DNA of 64,000 nt, taken from NCBI GenBank assembly GCA_012295275.1, contig CM022665.1, positions 40,300,001 through 40,364,000 on the forward strand, in the 5' to 3' direction. The notes under the pieces were generated by a model that worked only from the letters and a program-made list of their open reading frames with translations, was not told the DNA's origin and did not search any database. Position numbers and translations under genes: made by a program. The stretch comes from Chrysomallon squamiferum. Its lineage: Eukaryota > Animalia > Mollusca. Each line of letters opens with the position of its first letter. Position 1 is the stretch's first letter. This document shows positions 25,170 through 39,403 of the stretch, in pieces.

Positions 25170-25260
25170 CGTGACAGCGGGAAGTTCTATTTCTTGGGAT
25201 TTCCCACTAAGAAAAATTAACAGCTATTTGTGTCACTTCGGACCATACGTCACGTGACTA
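25170..25260 (-). promoter_or_regulatory. Candidate promoter of the TIGD-like ORF (kB site plus palindromic E-box)
   Basis: GGGATTTCCC 25196-25205 (perfect kB consensus); GTCACGTGAC 25249-25258 (USF/MiT-TFE CLEAR-type); GCGGGAA near 25177. Confidence 0.4.
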
Positions 25261-25358
25261 TTATATCTATATCTATATATATATATATATATATATATTT
25301 GTGGTGGGACGTGTACTTAATTTGGTCATTTTAGAACAAAATAATCTAGTAACAAATA

Positions 25359-25389
<31 letters not shown>

Positions 25390-25403
25390 TAATCAAATAT
25401 ATT

Positions 25404-25514
<111 letters not shown>

Positions 25515-25972
25515 TAAAACACCCCTCACCCAGAACTAGACACCGCAGTTATGGGCAAAGATTAGTCATGCAGAAGTTAATTCTCTTAAGACTGGTCGTT
25601 AATGGGTTCGTCTCGTGCTGTCGGTAAACAATACAGAAACTACACGGCTTCTGTCTAGCATTTTGAGACACTATATCCCTGTTCTTCACTTATCTACGAC
25701 GTACACGCCCGCTGACCTGTCAGAAAGCGTGCCCGTCGTAGACTTGCTCTGATTTTTTGTTTCAGTTTCGGTTGATTTTTTTTTCAGTTTCAGTTTCGGT
25801 TCTTCACTGAATCCTGTGTCCCCTCTCACATGCCCCAGACATGTTTGAATCTTCCAAAATACAAATGGGGAAAAATGCTAAAATAATAAATAAAAATGTG
25901 AGTGGAAACGAGTAGTTATATTTGGAAAATCTGATTATCAGTTGTTGGTTTTTTCTCTTGTGACGGTGCAAG

Positions 25973-26014
<42 letters not shown>

Positions 26015-26093
26015 AAATTTACAGGACCGTCAGCTAAGGTGCCAATAATCCCGTGATCCAAGGCCCACCCACGGGACCCAAGCCCCACCCACC

Positions 26094-26362
26094 TAGTGGC
26101 GTGCAGAGGGGGGTCCGAGAAGGGACGGTGGCCTCGGGCATCCAAATGGGGAGGGGCATCCAGTCAGAGAAAAGAACTTAATACATTTGGTTGATTTATG
26201 TTTAAATCGAATAAAGTGTTTATTTTATGTTACACCTGTGTTTACATATTCAAAATATCTTCCTTTCTCATATTTCTCAGTACTGGGCCTTATACTTGAG
26301 TCTCTGGGGCATACAATCAAGGAGATGGCCCCTGGGCGTCACCAGACCTCTGCACACGACTG
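26094..26362. mobile_element. hAT-like MITE
   Basis: Termini tagtggcgtgcagagg / cctctgcacacgactg are imperfect 16-bp TIRs; flanks cacccacc / cacccaaa are an imperfect 8-bp TSD; subterminal ggcc(t/c)c..gggc motifs. Confidence 0.7.
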
Positions 26363-26632
26363 CACCCAAACCCCATCCTTATGAAAGACAGGACCCGCCT
26401 CTGGTTTCCATTATCTGTAACACGATCTTTCATGCAGACCTTACTTATTTACAAGCAAATAAACGAAACAGCTTTAATCCACCTCCCTAACCACTAACTG
26501 ACAATAAAAAAACCCACTATCGAGTCATTAGTCTGGATCCTATTTCCATCCAACAGGCGGGCTTACGAGAAGGGGAAACAAATTACAGAAAGTGTTGAGT
26601 TTAAACCAGTAATATCAGGATTCGATTCAGTC

Positions 26633-26663
<31 letters not shown>

Positions 26664-26680
26664 GAAATAACAAAAGAATA

Positions 26681-26760
<80 letters not shown>

Positions 26761-27647
26761 AAAAAAGAAAAAAAAATGTTGGTATATCAGTGGCAAATGT
26801 TATCCTACTCAAATAACATTAGTTAAGGTAGGGAAAAATATCATGGGTAAAAAAAAAAATATATATATATATATATTTGACTACTTTATCAGTATGACGT
26901 CATTCAACTTACGGCGATTACTGCACGTGTTCTTTAGAAGTTAGTGGTTTTATGTCACGCGCGAGCGACTTTTATGTTTCAGTTATTGCTGGTTATATTC
27001 TCGTCTTTCACTTCAATAGCCACTCATTGCTATTCAATAAAAAAAAAAACGAAGAAATAAAAAACATAAAAAGACCGTCGCAAAACTCGCTTCCCTGTTA
27101 GACCCTAACTCATGATTTTGTTTGGCAACAGTCCATAACCCATTGTCTGTTGTTTGCTTATCACCAGCCACAATCGCGGGTTTCGACGTTGAAGACAAAA
27201 TTTTATTTGCAGACGTAAAGAAGTAAACAAGGTGAGGTGGTGGGGGGAGAGCGTGCATCATCTTTCCGCCAAATGGTTTTCAATTGCGAGCCAGTGGGTC
27301 AGGTGACATGTGACTTCAGACAAAACGTGGTTGCTGTGTCGAGGTTATTTTATTTTTGAAAAGAGAAATAAAATAAAACACTGTGTCTTTCTTTATATAT
27401 ATATATAATTTAATAATTATCATGACAAAAATACATACAAAGTTGCCAGAATTTATAGCGATCAGACATTTTAATGTGAATGATGTTTATCAAAATTAAC
27501 AACAGACATGGTAAGTACTGCAGGGGAGTCTTCTTTTTTTATTTATAGTCACAGTTATTTATAGAAAAGATAAAACGACTTTGAAACTGAGTGAAAAACG
27601 GTCAGCCAGCATCATTTTATGTAACCTTTGAATTTTGGTGTAATCCA

Positions 27648-27679
<32 letters not shown>

Positions 27680-28269
27680 CGCTCATACTTTTGTGTTCGC
27701 GCGCGCGTTAGTGTATGTGTTTGTTAATTTCTTTTGTTTCTTTTTTGTTTTTTTTTTTTTAATTTTCCTCACATTTCGTATTATTAAGTTGATGTGATGG
27801 TCGGGTATGGATTATGTTTGTTTTGAATTCTTTGGCCACGGATTTCCTGTCCAAGATTTTACGTGCAGAACTGTTAGTCAGAATCTGATACATGCGCGCG
27901 CAACGTGTGTTAAACACGTGACATTAGTAAACTACCTGGTCTTTGCGACACGTTATTGCGTCATTATAGTTTACGAAATTACTCAAATATCAACACTTCA
28001 GAAAGCGTAGGCACAAAGTAAAACAATAATTGTTTTGCAGTAAAACAATTTCTAAACAAGTATTAGAATGTTTGTTTGTCATATAGAGAACTGTCTCTGT
28101 TAGAATTTTAATCTGTTGTATTTATCATCGTCATCGTCATCATCGTCTTCATCGTCGTCATCATCTTCATCATCGTCATCATTGTTGTCATATCTTTAGT
28201 AACTTCAGTAATACCAGAAGGACCCACCTATGTAATAGTGTTTGCTATTATTATTACATATACTTGTTG

Positions 28270-28317
<48 letters not shown>

Positions 28318-29267
28318 ATCTATCTATCTGTCTATCTTTTTGTCTGACTGTCAGTGTATCTATCTCACTGTCTATATCTATCCATCCATCCATCCACCCA
28401 TCCATTCTTTCTATTCATCAATGTATCCATCCGTCTTTCTTTCTTTCTTTCCGTCCATCAATATATCGATCTATTTAGCCATCCATCAATCCATCCATCC
28501 ATCCATCTACCCATCCATCTATCCATCAATGCATCTATCTATCTGTCTATCAATCTGTCTATCTGTCTTTATATCTGTCTATATATCTAATTTGTTTATA
28601 TATATATATATATATATATATAATTTGTACTGTTTCCTTTTTACTAGGATTTATTTTGTATTTTTAGCGACAGCTTGTTTTATATGAAATTAATCTAGCT
28701 CACATCAAAACAGTTTATAAAATTAAATAACGACCAAATCTCTTTAAAATATAAATATTATATTACAGTAATGTATACCACTGAGTAATTACAATGTACG
28801 TCAGCAAAATACGCATGCGTGCACACACACAAACACAAACAAAAAAACAACAAAAAAAAAGCCCCAACCTTACAGAAACCTTACTATAGAAAATGTACTG
28901 CATGAAACTGAAAACGATATACGTAAACTTATTTATCTATATGTTTTCCATCCTTTTGTTGTTATTGACACATATGTTACATGAGGATTAAGTGTTATTG
29001 TTCGTCGAAATTTGTGTCACAAAATCTATAATTAATGTTTTATCGTTCTCAACTTAGATTACCGTACTACTTAATTTGCTAGGTTTTTTGTCAGGTTTAT
29101 TATATATATATATATATTTTTTTTTTTTCTAAATGAAATGAAAAATAACCTATCGACAACCTGTAAATAAATTTCATTTACAGAAATAGATCTATTAGGT
29201 TTCTTTGTTGTTGTTGTTTTTTTTTTTTTTTTTTTTTTTTTTTTTGTTTTGTGTTGTTTTTTTGTTT

Positions 29268-29331
29268 TATGGATAGTGTGAAATATATTGATAATGAGAG
29301 AGATACAGAGAAGGAGAAAAAGAAGAGAGAA

Positions 29332-29415
<84 letters not shown>

Positions 29416-29465
29416 TGAGAAATAGTGTGAGACAGAGTGTGTGTGAGAGAGAGCGAAATAGATTA
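29268..29465 (+). repeat. Degenerate duplicated segment, copy B
   Basis: See 20105-20330. Confidence 0.7.
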
Positions 29466-29512
29466 GATAGACAAACAGACAGACAGACAGACAGATAGAT
29501 AGATAGATAAAA

Positions 29513-29617
<105 letters not shown>

Positions 29618-30115
29618 ACACGGTGTAAACGAGAGAACACGATATAATGTTCCTATTGTCTCAGTAATAAAGGTAATAAAAACCAGTATCTGTTACTTGT
29701 TAAAGTTACTGTTTTATATAGGCGTGTGTTACAAAGATATTATCTGAAGAAACCCTAACGAGAGATAATGTTTAAATTTTTAGAAGTGTCTTATTTTTCC
29801 TTTAATGTTTTCGCAAACCAGACAGCTATTTGTAGCGACACCTAGTTTTATGGTTGTCATCAAGATCATTTTACGAGTACGGTTTTCTGTTTTGTTTCGT
29901 GCTTGTTTTTTTTGTTTTGTTTTTTTTTTTTCTTTGTTTTTTTTTCTTTTCTTGTTTAATACTTTTTTTTTTTATTCTATCATATTTTTTTTTTATTTTG
30001 TTTTATTTACCAGTTGATAAAGTCGATATTTAATAATTACCACCTATAACAAGATAAACTCTATTATCGATAGGTTTCATAATTCAGAATTTAGTACAAC
30101 GTGGTTGATCACTTC

Positions 30116-30160
<45 letters not shown>

Positions 30161-30240
30161 TTATTATTATTATTATTATTATTGTCAAAAACAAAATACC
30201 CCATCATTACTGAGTAAGGTTTCAATGTCTTGTCACACCA

Positions 30241-30515
30241 ACGCATGCGTCATGATAGCCACTTCCGCTCTGATAAATTTAGGGATTTTATTTGATTTAT
30301 TATTATTATTATTATTTTAAACTGTAAATCTGAAAAGAATATGCATGAAAAACATTCGAATCATTTCTACTGCTTTCCACAATGTTCGGAAATCTACAAT
30401 CGGAAGTACTCTTGTGAATATTTTGTCCCTTCTGTCTTAAGCTTTCCGGTTTTGAGCCGAATGTGACCGAAGTGTTCGTTTCCGCTTCGCGTTTAATAAT
30501 TAGTTTCCGGAAACG
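30241..30515. promoter_or_regulatory. ETS/NRF1-like motif cluster, candidate TATA-less promoter
   Basis: ACGCATGCGT 30241-30250; ACTTCCG 30261; CGGAAAT 30387; CGGAAGT 30401; TTCCGG 30444; TTTCCGGAAA 30504-30513. Confidence 0.35.
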
Positions 30516-30952
30516 ACCGATAGTAGTCTTTGTCTGATAGTAGTCTAAGTTCCACTAAATGAAGAAAATATTTCACATAATTGTCATATTTTACTTAAAG
30601 TCATTTTAAAATATATTTTCATGTTCTAAAGATCAAAAACTATTGACAAATAAATAAATAAATAAGTAAGTAAGTAAGTAAATAATAAACTCTACATTCT
30701 GAATATCAATCCAGACTGCCAGATTATCTGTTTATCTTTGTCTTTTTGTGAATGTATCTTGATGTTATCAACATTGCCACCTATTCGTAATAATACATTT
30801 ATAATACTAAATGATTTTCACATAGAAGAAAAGAAGAAAATAATAATAATGACAACTTTCTTTTGAAATATGCAGTAAATATGAAAGTAAGAAATAAATA
30901 TTGCACCCTCTAAAGAATAGCGCATATTTCTATTTTTCTTTTCTTCCAAGCC

Positions 30953-31252
<300 letters not shown>

Positions 31253-31355
31253 CCACTCTTTCTTTTTCTATCTTTCTCTCTTACTCTTCCACTCTCTTTC
31301 TTTCCAATTTAAAAAAAAATTTTTTTTCAAAGAACCCACTTGTTCTGTTCTTCAG

Positions 31356-31384
31356 GATCATCCGAGGTAAACACTGGAAGTCTG
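31356..31384 (+). other. Candidate 29-nt micro-exon
   Basis: Acceptor ttgttctgttcttcag ending at 31355 and donor CTG|GTGAGT at 31385 (alternative GAG|GTAAAC at 31367). Confidence 0.25.
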
Positions 31385-32673
31385 GTGAGTTGTTGACAAG
31401 TTTACTCTCTTGTGTTTTAGGTGACAGGATTTGTGTGTAATTAGGGCGTTAGTGCATGCAGGCCATGTCGACAGTCAAGCCTTTTACTATTAGCGTATTG
31501 TTCCGGGCTCGGCCGTAAGGGTAAATAATGGCCAACCGTTACATCTAAATCGATATTAAAGCAACAAGTTTAACATTGCTTTTGCGAGATGTTCATTTCA
31601 AAAAAAATATTGACTTGTTCGAAGAACAAACAAAAGAATAGGCAGTATTGTCACGGTAGGGAACTGAAGTGGAGAGTTTTACGTTGAAGGAGTTTTTTTT
31701 ATGTCTTTTTCTTGTTCCGAGTTACTGTGACGGTTATTACTTTATGAATAGACGTTTTGTGGTGTTTTTTTTACGCTTTCGTTTATAAAGTACGCTGCCA
31801 TTAGACGCTAAATATAATTTTCTAATTTTGCGCGTTGATATTTGTTTGTTTGTTGTTTTGTTTTGTTTGTTTTGTTTTGTTTTGTTGTTTTTAATCTCGT
31901 TTTCTTTTGAGGGTTTTCTGTTATCTTTTCACTACTGTCTATGAATGCATCTATCCATTTTATCTGTAAATTCATCTCCATTTTTTATATATATATATAT
32001 ATATATCTATATATACACAGACAAATACATACAGACATGCATACATACATATATACATACATACATACACGTACATACATATATACATACACACATACAC
32101 GTACATACATACATACATATATACATGCACCTACAAACACACTTACATACATATACATGCATTCACACAATCACGAAAAGAGATATAAATAATTACACAC
32201 ACATAAAACATACACACAAGAACACTTCTGAACAAAGCGAAGCTGTGCACACACTTACGTTTACAAAGGTTACGCACACGTCGTATATTTGCTTTCTATT
32301 TGTGCTCTTTGCACATAAATTAGTGACAATTTTGAACAATATTTATACTTGTCACAGGTCCTTACATATTATGACACTCTGGCATTGTTGGTTCAGTAGA
32401 ATGAACGACTGTTTCTGTATAGCTTTTACAAAGATGTCGCTACATCGTCAATATTTTGTTTTAAACACAAGACAGAAAAAAAAAAAAAAAAAAAAACGAG
32501 ATTGTCCACTGGGAATTTTTTGTTACATGATAATGAAGAAACATCAAGATAAATAATGTACGCAAGATATATATATCCTCCTTGAATTCGACAAGTAAAA
32601 ACAAAAACAATGGAAACACATACAGTACGTTTTTCCTGCTAGCAGTCTGTCTGTCTGTCTGTCTCTGTATGTA

Positions 32674-32713
<40 letters not shown>

Positions 32714-32751
32714 CCCCAGCCGTCGCTATAATTCACCCTTTAATCAACCAA

Positions 32752-32850
<99 letters not shown>

Positions 32851-33103
32851 CCATGCTCTATCTAACGTATATCTAACACAGGAACACAGACTTAAGAACA
32901 GTACTTATATAAACTTTATTTATTTAATGAATTAATTAGATTTAATAATTTTAACATTAGAACATTAAAAGTTGCGAATTATAAGACAACAAATTCAATG
33001 TACTATGAAAATGAAAATAATATTAAAGTCCTGACTTTGCATGTCACAGTCTTAAATAAAATTATTATAAAACTTTATTAGTAACAGAATCAAAGAGAAC
33101 TCA

Positions 33104-33141
<38 letters not shown>

Positions 33142-33770
33142 AAACATTATTTAAAAGAAAAAAAAAAAAAAGAAAGAAAATTATTCTCAGCAACTTCAAA
33201 AAGATATCAAACAAAATGGCGCCATTGTGATCGTTCTGTTTGAAAAAAAAAAAAAAAAAAACTACCAAAAACAATAAAGCTAATCTTTAACGTGTCATCT
33301 GCGCATCACGATTATACGTTTTTAAGACGACAGTTCTAACCTGCCATTTGTTTATTTACTTTCGAAACAAATGTATCTTTAAATTAGACTCCATGAGTCA
33401 TCGCGCTCGCGCGGGTTGGCAGGTCGCCAGAAGAGGCAGACGACACCCTATTAAATCCAGGCCACAAACAAACGAAAACTTCTACAAGTAAATTTGCTAA
33501 TGATTCGCTTGCGTTATCGGACAGAATCTGACGTGATTTCAGTGCTTTGCTCGCTACCATTGTTTGCATGTACGTTTGGACGTTTGCCAGTTCTGTGTTG
33601 GGTTTTTTTTTTTTTTTTTTTTTTTTTTTCTTCTCCGCTCTTCAATTTGTTTTGCAACCTTTCAGCATAGAAAAAGGTCTGATCAATCACGAACGTTAAA
33701 ATTAGCATGTCAGACGCAAATAAAGACAACATCTTGTCATTCGTTATTGAAAATTATTACGTGTCACTTT

Positions 33771-33802
<32 letters not shown>

Positions 33803-34360
33803 GTACTTATCATTTTCCTTTTCTTGCTTTCTTTTGGATTTTTATTATGTAAATAAATGTCTTCAAATAAATGTTGTCTGGAAAAAAAGTATCTTTGTTC
33901 CATTATTATAAATTATTTTAATACATACACACATACATACATATAATAAATATATTATGTATTTTGTATATTTATGAATTTATTTATCGCTATATGTAGT
34001 TGTATTTTATACATGGTTATTTCTTTAATGAATTAATTCAATGTTTGTGAAAGTGAATTTTGTTTTCTATTTCAGTTTCCCTTTTAACACCTTTAAACGT
34101 AGTCAATCTTTGCTCAAAATGAAACAAAAGAAATTCACTAAAAGACTAAAATCGTATATGTTGTAATTAAATATTTCACAGTGATATATTTTCGTACCAG
34201 TGACGAAAATAAAACAAGGAAAGAAAATAATCTGGACTCAAAGTAAATAACACAGGTTTGTCCATCCAGTTTTCCACATTTTGTCTTCGCATTAGATTTC
34301 CATTAGATTTGCAAGTGCACACAAACATACAGAGGGCTTGTTCATGTACGTACAGGCATA

Positions 34361-34413
<53 letters not shown>

Positions 34414-34501
34414 CCGTATTAAATGAAACATATTACACACACACACACACATACATACATACATACATACATAATTATATTAAATGAAACATTTAGAAAA
34501 T

Positions 34502-34537
<36 letters not shown>

Positions 34538-34681
34538 ACCAGTAACTGGATCAGCAGTGAATCTAAAGGTCATTCTGTCACAACTTTGTCTGTCATGTTT
34601 ATTGCTGTTTATAAATAATAACACAGAAGCGAAGTTAAACATCAGACATGTATATTACGTTCCGACACGCAATGGTAAACA

Positions 34682-34759
<78 letters not shown>

Positions 34760-35265
34760 ACTCTCTCTCTGTGTTCACTCTCTCTCTCTGTCTGTCTCTG
34801 TCTCTCTCTTATTTTTTTTTTTTTTTTTTTTTTTTTAGTTTTTTAAAGCTTTATAGTTACACAGGTGCTGTTTTGAACTTCCCATGCGGTCACGTGATTT
34901 CAGTGCTCATTAGCCATCAACATTGAAGTCCTTCTCGGGGTTTCACGTTTTTGTGTTTGCTGAAGCAAGGAGTTGATCCAGTATTTCAGAAAGTGGGTGT
35001 GCGCCATTTTATGACCGTTATAATTTTCAAAATGAAATTAAGTTATAAAATTAGGAAAAAGAACAGGATTTTCAAAAATAATGATGACTGTGATGAAAGT
35101 AGTATATAATAAATGTACTTTTTTTCCCGCTTTACATTTCATCATGTATAAAATAATAAAATTGTTTGTTTCGTATTTTTTCTAATGTATATGATTTTCA
35201 TTTCTTTTATTCTATTTTATTTTGTTTTATTTACGTACTTTTTTATTTTAATTTTCTTTTTTCTT

Positions 35266-35348
<83 letters not shown>

Positions 35349-35396
35349 TTTTTATTTTTACAATGTGTATTTTCTGTATACGTAAAGGTTGCCAAA

Positions 35397-35429
<33 letters not shown>

Positions 35430-35454
35430 CTTCATCATCATCAATTATTATTAT

Positions 35455-35520
35455 AGTAGTAGTAGCAGCAGTAGTAGTAGTAGTAGCAGTAGTAGTAGCA
35501 GTAGTAGTAGTAGTAGCAGC

Positions 35521-35579
<59 letters not shown>

Positions 35580-35583
35580 CAGC

Positions 35584-35627
<44 letters not shown>

Positions 35628-35712
35628 CAGTAGTAGTAGCAGCAGTAGTAGTAGTAGTAGTAGCAGTAGTAGTAGTAGTAGTAGTAGCAGCAGCAGCAGC
35701 AGCAGCAGCAGT
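35455..35712. repeat. (AGT/AGC)n trinucleotide microsatellite
   Basis: Direct inspection. Confidence 0.95.
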
Positions 35713-35937
35713 ATTTCCGAGGGTATACGTATGTATCACTTCATTCGATGACACAACCCAGAAGTCTATATTTTGGCTACGTACGGGTACAGAGGTTGAT
35801 TCTGGACGAGACTGGACGACTTCGTCATTATCATCGTCGTCGTCGTCATTTTTATGTTCATTTCAGACTGTTTTGTTTTCGTTATATGTATAGGAATGTA
35901 TAGGAATGTGTAGGCCTATATGTATGTATCTATCTAT

Positions 35938-36888
35938 CCGGGTTTTTCCATAAGAAAGACTATTAATTGTTTTTAAATATTTTGATTGATTGATTTATTT
36001 ATTTATTTATTTATTTTATATTATTATTATTTTTTTTAAATGTTTAAATAAATTTAGTTTTGGGTCCTTTAGAAAAAAAGAAATATATATATATATATAT
36101 ATATATACGTATGTGTGTGTATGTGTGCATGAATTTGTATACGTTTAACGAAAACAAAACAGCCCAAAATACGTACAGGTACCGGACCAATTATCCGGAC
36201 TGCTTAGGGACTGTTGGATTCCGGATTTCTGGATTTTCCGGTTTTTTGGTACCAAGGCATCTAAATACGTAAATAATTAGGCATAAACATTTTAAAATTA
36301 AAAACATAAAGAAAACTGACAATACACAACTGTGGCGACTTGACACGTAAACAATGCGGCGAGTGAATGAACGCCACGCGGCTTGAAAGAGTAGTCCCGG
36401 GATGGTGAGGACAACACCCGCGCGCGCGAACTATGAAAATAGCGTCTGGAAAAAGCTTCCGGTTTTCTAGACTTTCCGGATTTCAGAACGCCGGATAACT
36501 GGTCCGGTACCTATATAAGCATATATTAGGTTAAATCCTCTTCGGTTGCTTCACTCTCTTTATCAGATCAGTTTTGCTAGTTATGATATTTTCTTTATGG
36601 TAATAAAGTAATTGATTTTATTATTTGTGCTGGAGATCAATTATTAAGTTTAAATAAATGTTGATTTGTTTTTTTCTTCTTACAACTATAGTCTATCGTC
36701 TAAAAATTAATATAGAAAAATAAGGAAATAAATTAGTCTGATTTTTTTTTTTTTTTCCAAAGGACCCAAAACTAAATCTTTAAAAAAAAAAAAAAAATAA
36801 TAATAATAAATAAATAAATAAATAAATAAATAAATATTTAAAATTTAAAATTTTAAATTTTAATAGTCTTTCTTTTGGAAAAACCCGG
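35938..36888. mobile_element. Non-autonomous DNA transposon (MITE) with ~140-bp TIRs
   Basis: Left ccgggtttttccataagaaagactatta...tttagttttgggtcctttagaaaaaa versus right ttttttccaaaggacccaaaactaaa...taatagtctttcttttggaaaaacccgg; flanked by ATCTAT at 35932-35937 and 36889-36894. Confidence 0.85.
36176..36513. mobile_element. Tc1/mariner-pogo(Tigger)-like MITE nested in the 35938-36888 element
   Basis: TA|CAGGTACCGGACCAATTATCCGG ... CCGGATAACTGGTCCGGTACCTA|TA: 23-bp TIR with 2 mismatches and TA TSD; subterminal (t)tccgga/ttccgg repeats. Confidence 0.85.
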
Positions 36889-37226
36889 ATCTATTTTTAG
36901 TTATTTGACCTCTGTTCCTGTACTCAAGGTCGCGAAATGTCAATGTCTAGTATTCAGGAATGTTCTCGGTAAGCGAGACTAACTACACATTTTTATTTCC
37001 CTGTCCTAGTTTACACGCACTCCCCCGCACGCAGACGTTTCATTTGATCCAAACCTCTGGAATGCTAAAAATGTTGACAAGAAAGAAAAAACATTAAAGC
37101 TGTCTTGAGTTGTGAAATCAAAGCTTTTATTATCAACCTTCAGTGTCGTTTATTATTGATTCATTTAAAACTTCTTTTTTATTATTACAAATCAAAATTT
37201 TATTAACTACATAGATATATTAATCA

Positions 37227-37269
<43 letters not shown>

Positions 37270-37274
<5 letters not shown>

Positions 37275-38450
37275 TCACTGGTAAATTTCACAAAAACATT
37301 ACAACATTAATCTCATTACCAGTGTTGTTACATTACTGGTAAATTTCACCAAAAACCCCAACAACATTACAACATTAATCGAACATTCTCATTACCAATG
37401 TTGTTACGTTATTGGTAAATGTCACCCGAAAAAAAAAAAAAAAAAAAGAGATCATTATAACATTAATTGAACATTTTCATTACCAGTGTTGTAACGTTAC
37501 TGGGTTTTTTACCCCAAAAAACCCCAACAAAACAAACCAAAAAAAAAAACATTTACCAGAAACGTAACAACACTGGTAATGAGAATGTTCGATTAATGTT
37601 CTCATTACCAGTGCTGTTACAGTACTGGTAAATTCTACAAAAAAATTACAACATTAATCGAACATTTTCATTACCAGTGTTGTTACGTTACTGGTAAATG
37701 TCACAAAAAAAAAAAAAAAAAAAAGAGATCATTACACCATTAATCGAACATTCTCATAACCAGTGCTGTTACTGTACTGGTAAATTTCACCAAAAAATCC
37801 CCCAACAACATTACAACATTAATCGAAATTCCTCCCCCCCCCCACCAAAAAACCCCCAAAACAACATTACAACATTAATCGAACATTCTCATTATCAGTT
37901 TTGTTACGTTACTGGTAAATTTCACAAAAACATTACAACATTAATCGAACATTCACATTATCAGTGTTGTTACATCACTGGTAAATTTCACCAAAAAACA
38001 AAAACATTAATCAAAAAACCACAACATCACTGGTAAATTTCACAAAAAACAAAAACATTAATCAAACATTCTCATTATCAGTTTTGTTACGTTACTGGTA
38101 AATTTCTCAAAAACAAAACAAAATCACAACATTAATCAAACAGTCTTATTACGAGTGCTTTTACGTTACTGGTAAATTTCACAAAATAAAAACAACAACA
38201 TTACAGCATAATCGAACATTCTCATTACAAGTACTGTTACGTTACTGGTAAATTTCACACAACATTACAACATTAATCAAACATTCTCATTACCAGTGTT
38301 GTTGTTACGTACGTTACCGGTAAATCGCACAACATAAAAAAAAAAAAAAAAAAAATTAATAAAATGTTTTACTTTCCATTACTGGCAAAATTTTGCAATA
38401 ACTTTACAATAGCATTACAATATTAATCGAACATTTTTATACCAATTTTG
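37270..38450 (+). repeat. ~66-bp tandem minisatellite, roughly 15 copies, one inverted
   Basis: Unit aacattacaacattaatcgaacattctcattaccagtgttgttacgttactggtaaatttcacaaa (period 66 between 37865 and 37931); reverse-complement unit at 37550-37600; decayed units continue to about 38990. Confidence 0.92.
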
Positions 38451-38454
38451 TTAT

Positions 38455-38713
38455 CAGGCCCTACCCCCAAAAAAAAAAAAAAAAAAATAAAAAAAAAATT
38501 AGTCCGACGATCTGAACTCTGGGAAGTTTGCGGTTATGGCGGGTTCCATGTCGTATTTCAAATTTACTTCCCAGAATGCATTTCCTGTATTACAGATTTA
38601 AAAAACATTTCGAGAGGGAAGCATGGCTCCGGATCTCCTTAGTAACTCCACCCTTTGGGCCCTATATTAAGCACCCAACCCTAACCTCATGTAAATTTCT
38701 GCCAACGGGCCTG
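38455..38713. mobile_element. hAT-like MITE relic inserted at the edge of the minisatellite
   Basis: Termini caggccc / gggcctg; internal aaacatttcgagagggaagcatggctccggatctccttag resembles a common hAT-MITE motif (recalled); TSD not convincing. Confidence 0.5.
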
Positions 38714-39033
38714 ATTGTGTACATTATAAAAAAAAAAAAATAAATAAATAAATAAAAAAATAAAAAAAAAAAAAATACAAAAAAGCACAAAACACACACA
38801 TAAAATTGATCCATTTCAAATTTTCTGAGAAAAAATAAAAATAAAAATAAAATAAATAAAATGTTATTGACGATATCAATATTAATCAAATGTTTTATTA
38901 TCAGTGTTATGCATTTAATAATTAAATGACTGAGATAATCGGAATTTTGCTACCAGCGTCATTTCAATGTCACAGGTTACTGGTGAATTTAAAATGTTTT
39001 AAAATAAAAAATTTAACAACTGTATCAGTTTCA

Positions 39034-39094
<61 letters not shown>

Positions 39095-39350
39095 CTCTAT
39101 TACGTTCACAATGACAACGAAAATATATTTTATTTATCTTTCTACAGCAAAAAAAAGAAAAAAGAAAAAAAGAAAACAACTGAAGTAGTTCATAATTTGC
39201 AAAACCCTCTGTCTGGTTTTCAAATTTAAATATTGTATAAATGTACAGAATTAAAAAATACTGCTGCTACTCTACTACTTATAATAATAAATAAATAAAT
39301 AAATAAATAAATAAATAGAAATTAAAAATTAAATAATAAGAAATTATAAA

Positions 39351-39403
<53 letters not shown>

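Noticed and set aside
37270-38450. CRISPR-like array (palindromic repeat with variable gaps)
   Set aside because: Eukaryotic context, no cas genes, and the gaps are short A/C-rich slippage tracts rather than unique 25-45-nt spacers. The same applies to 61880-62525.
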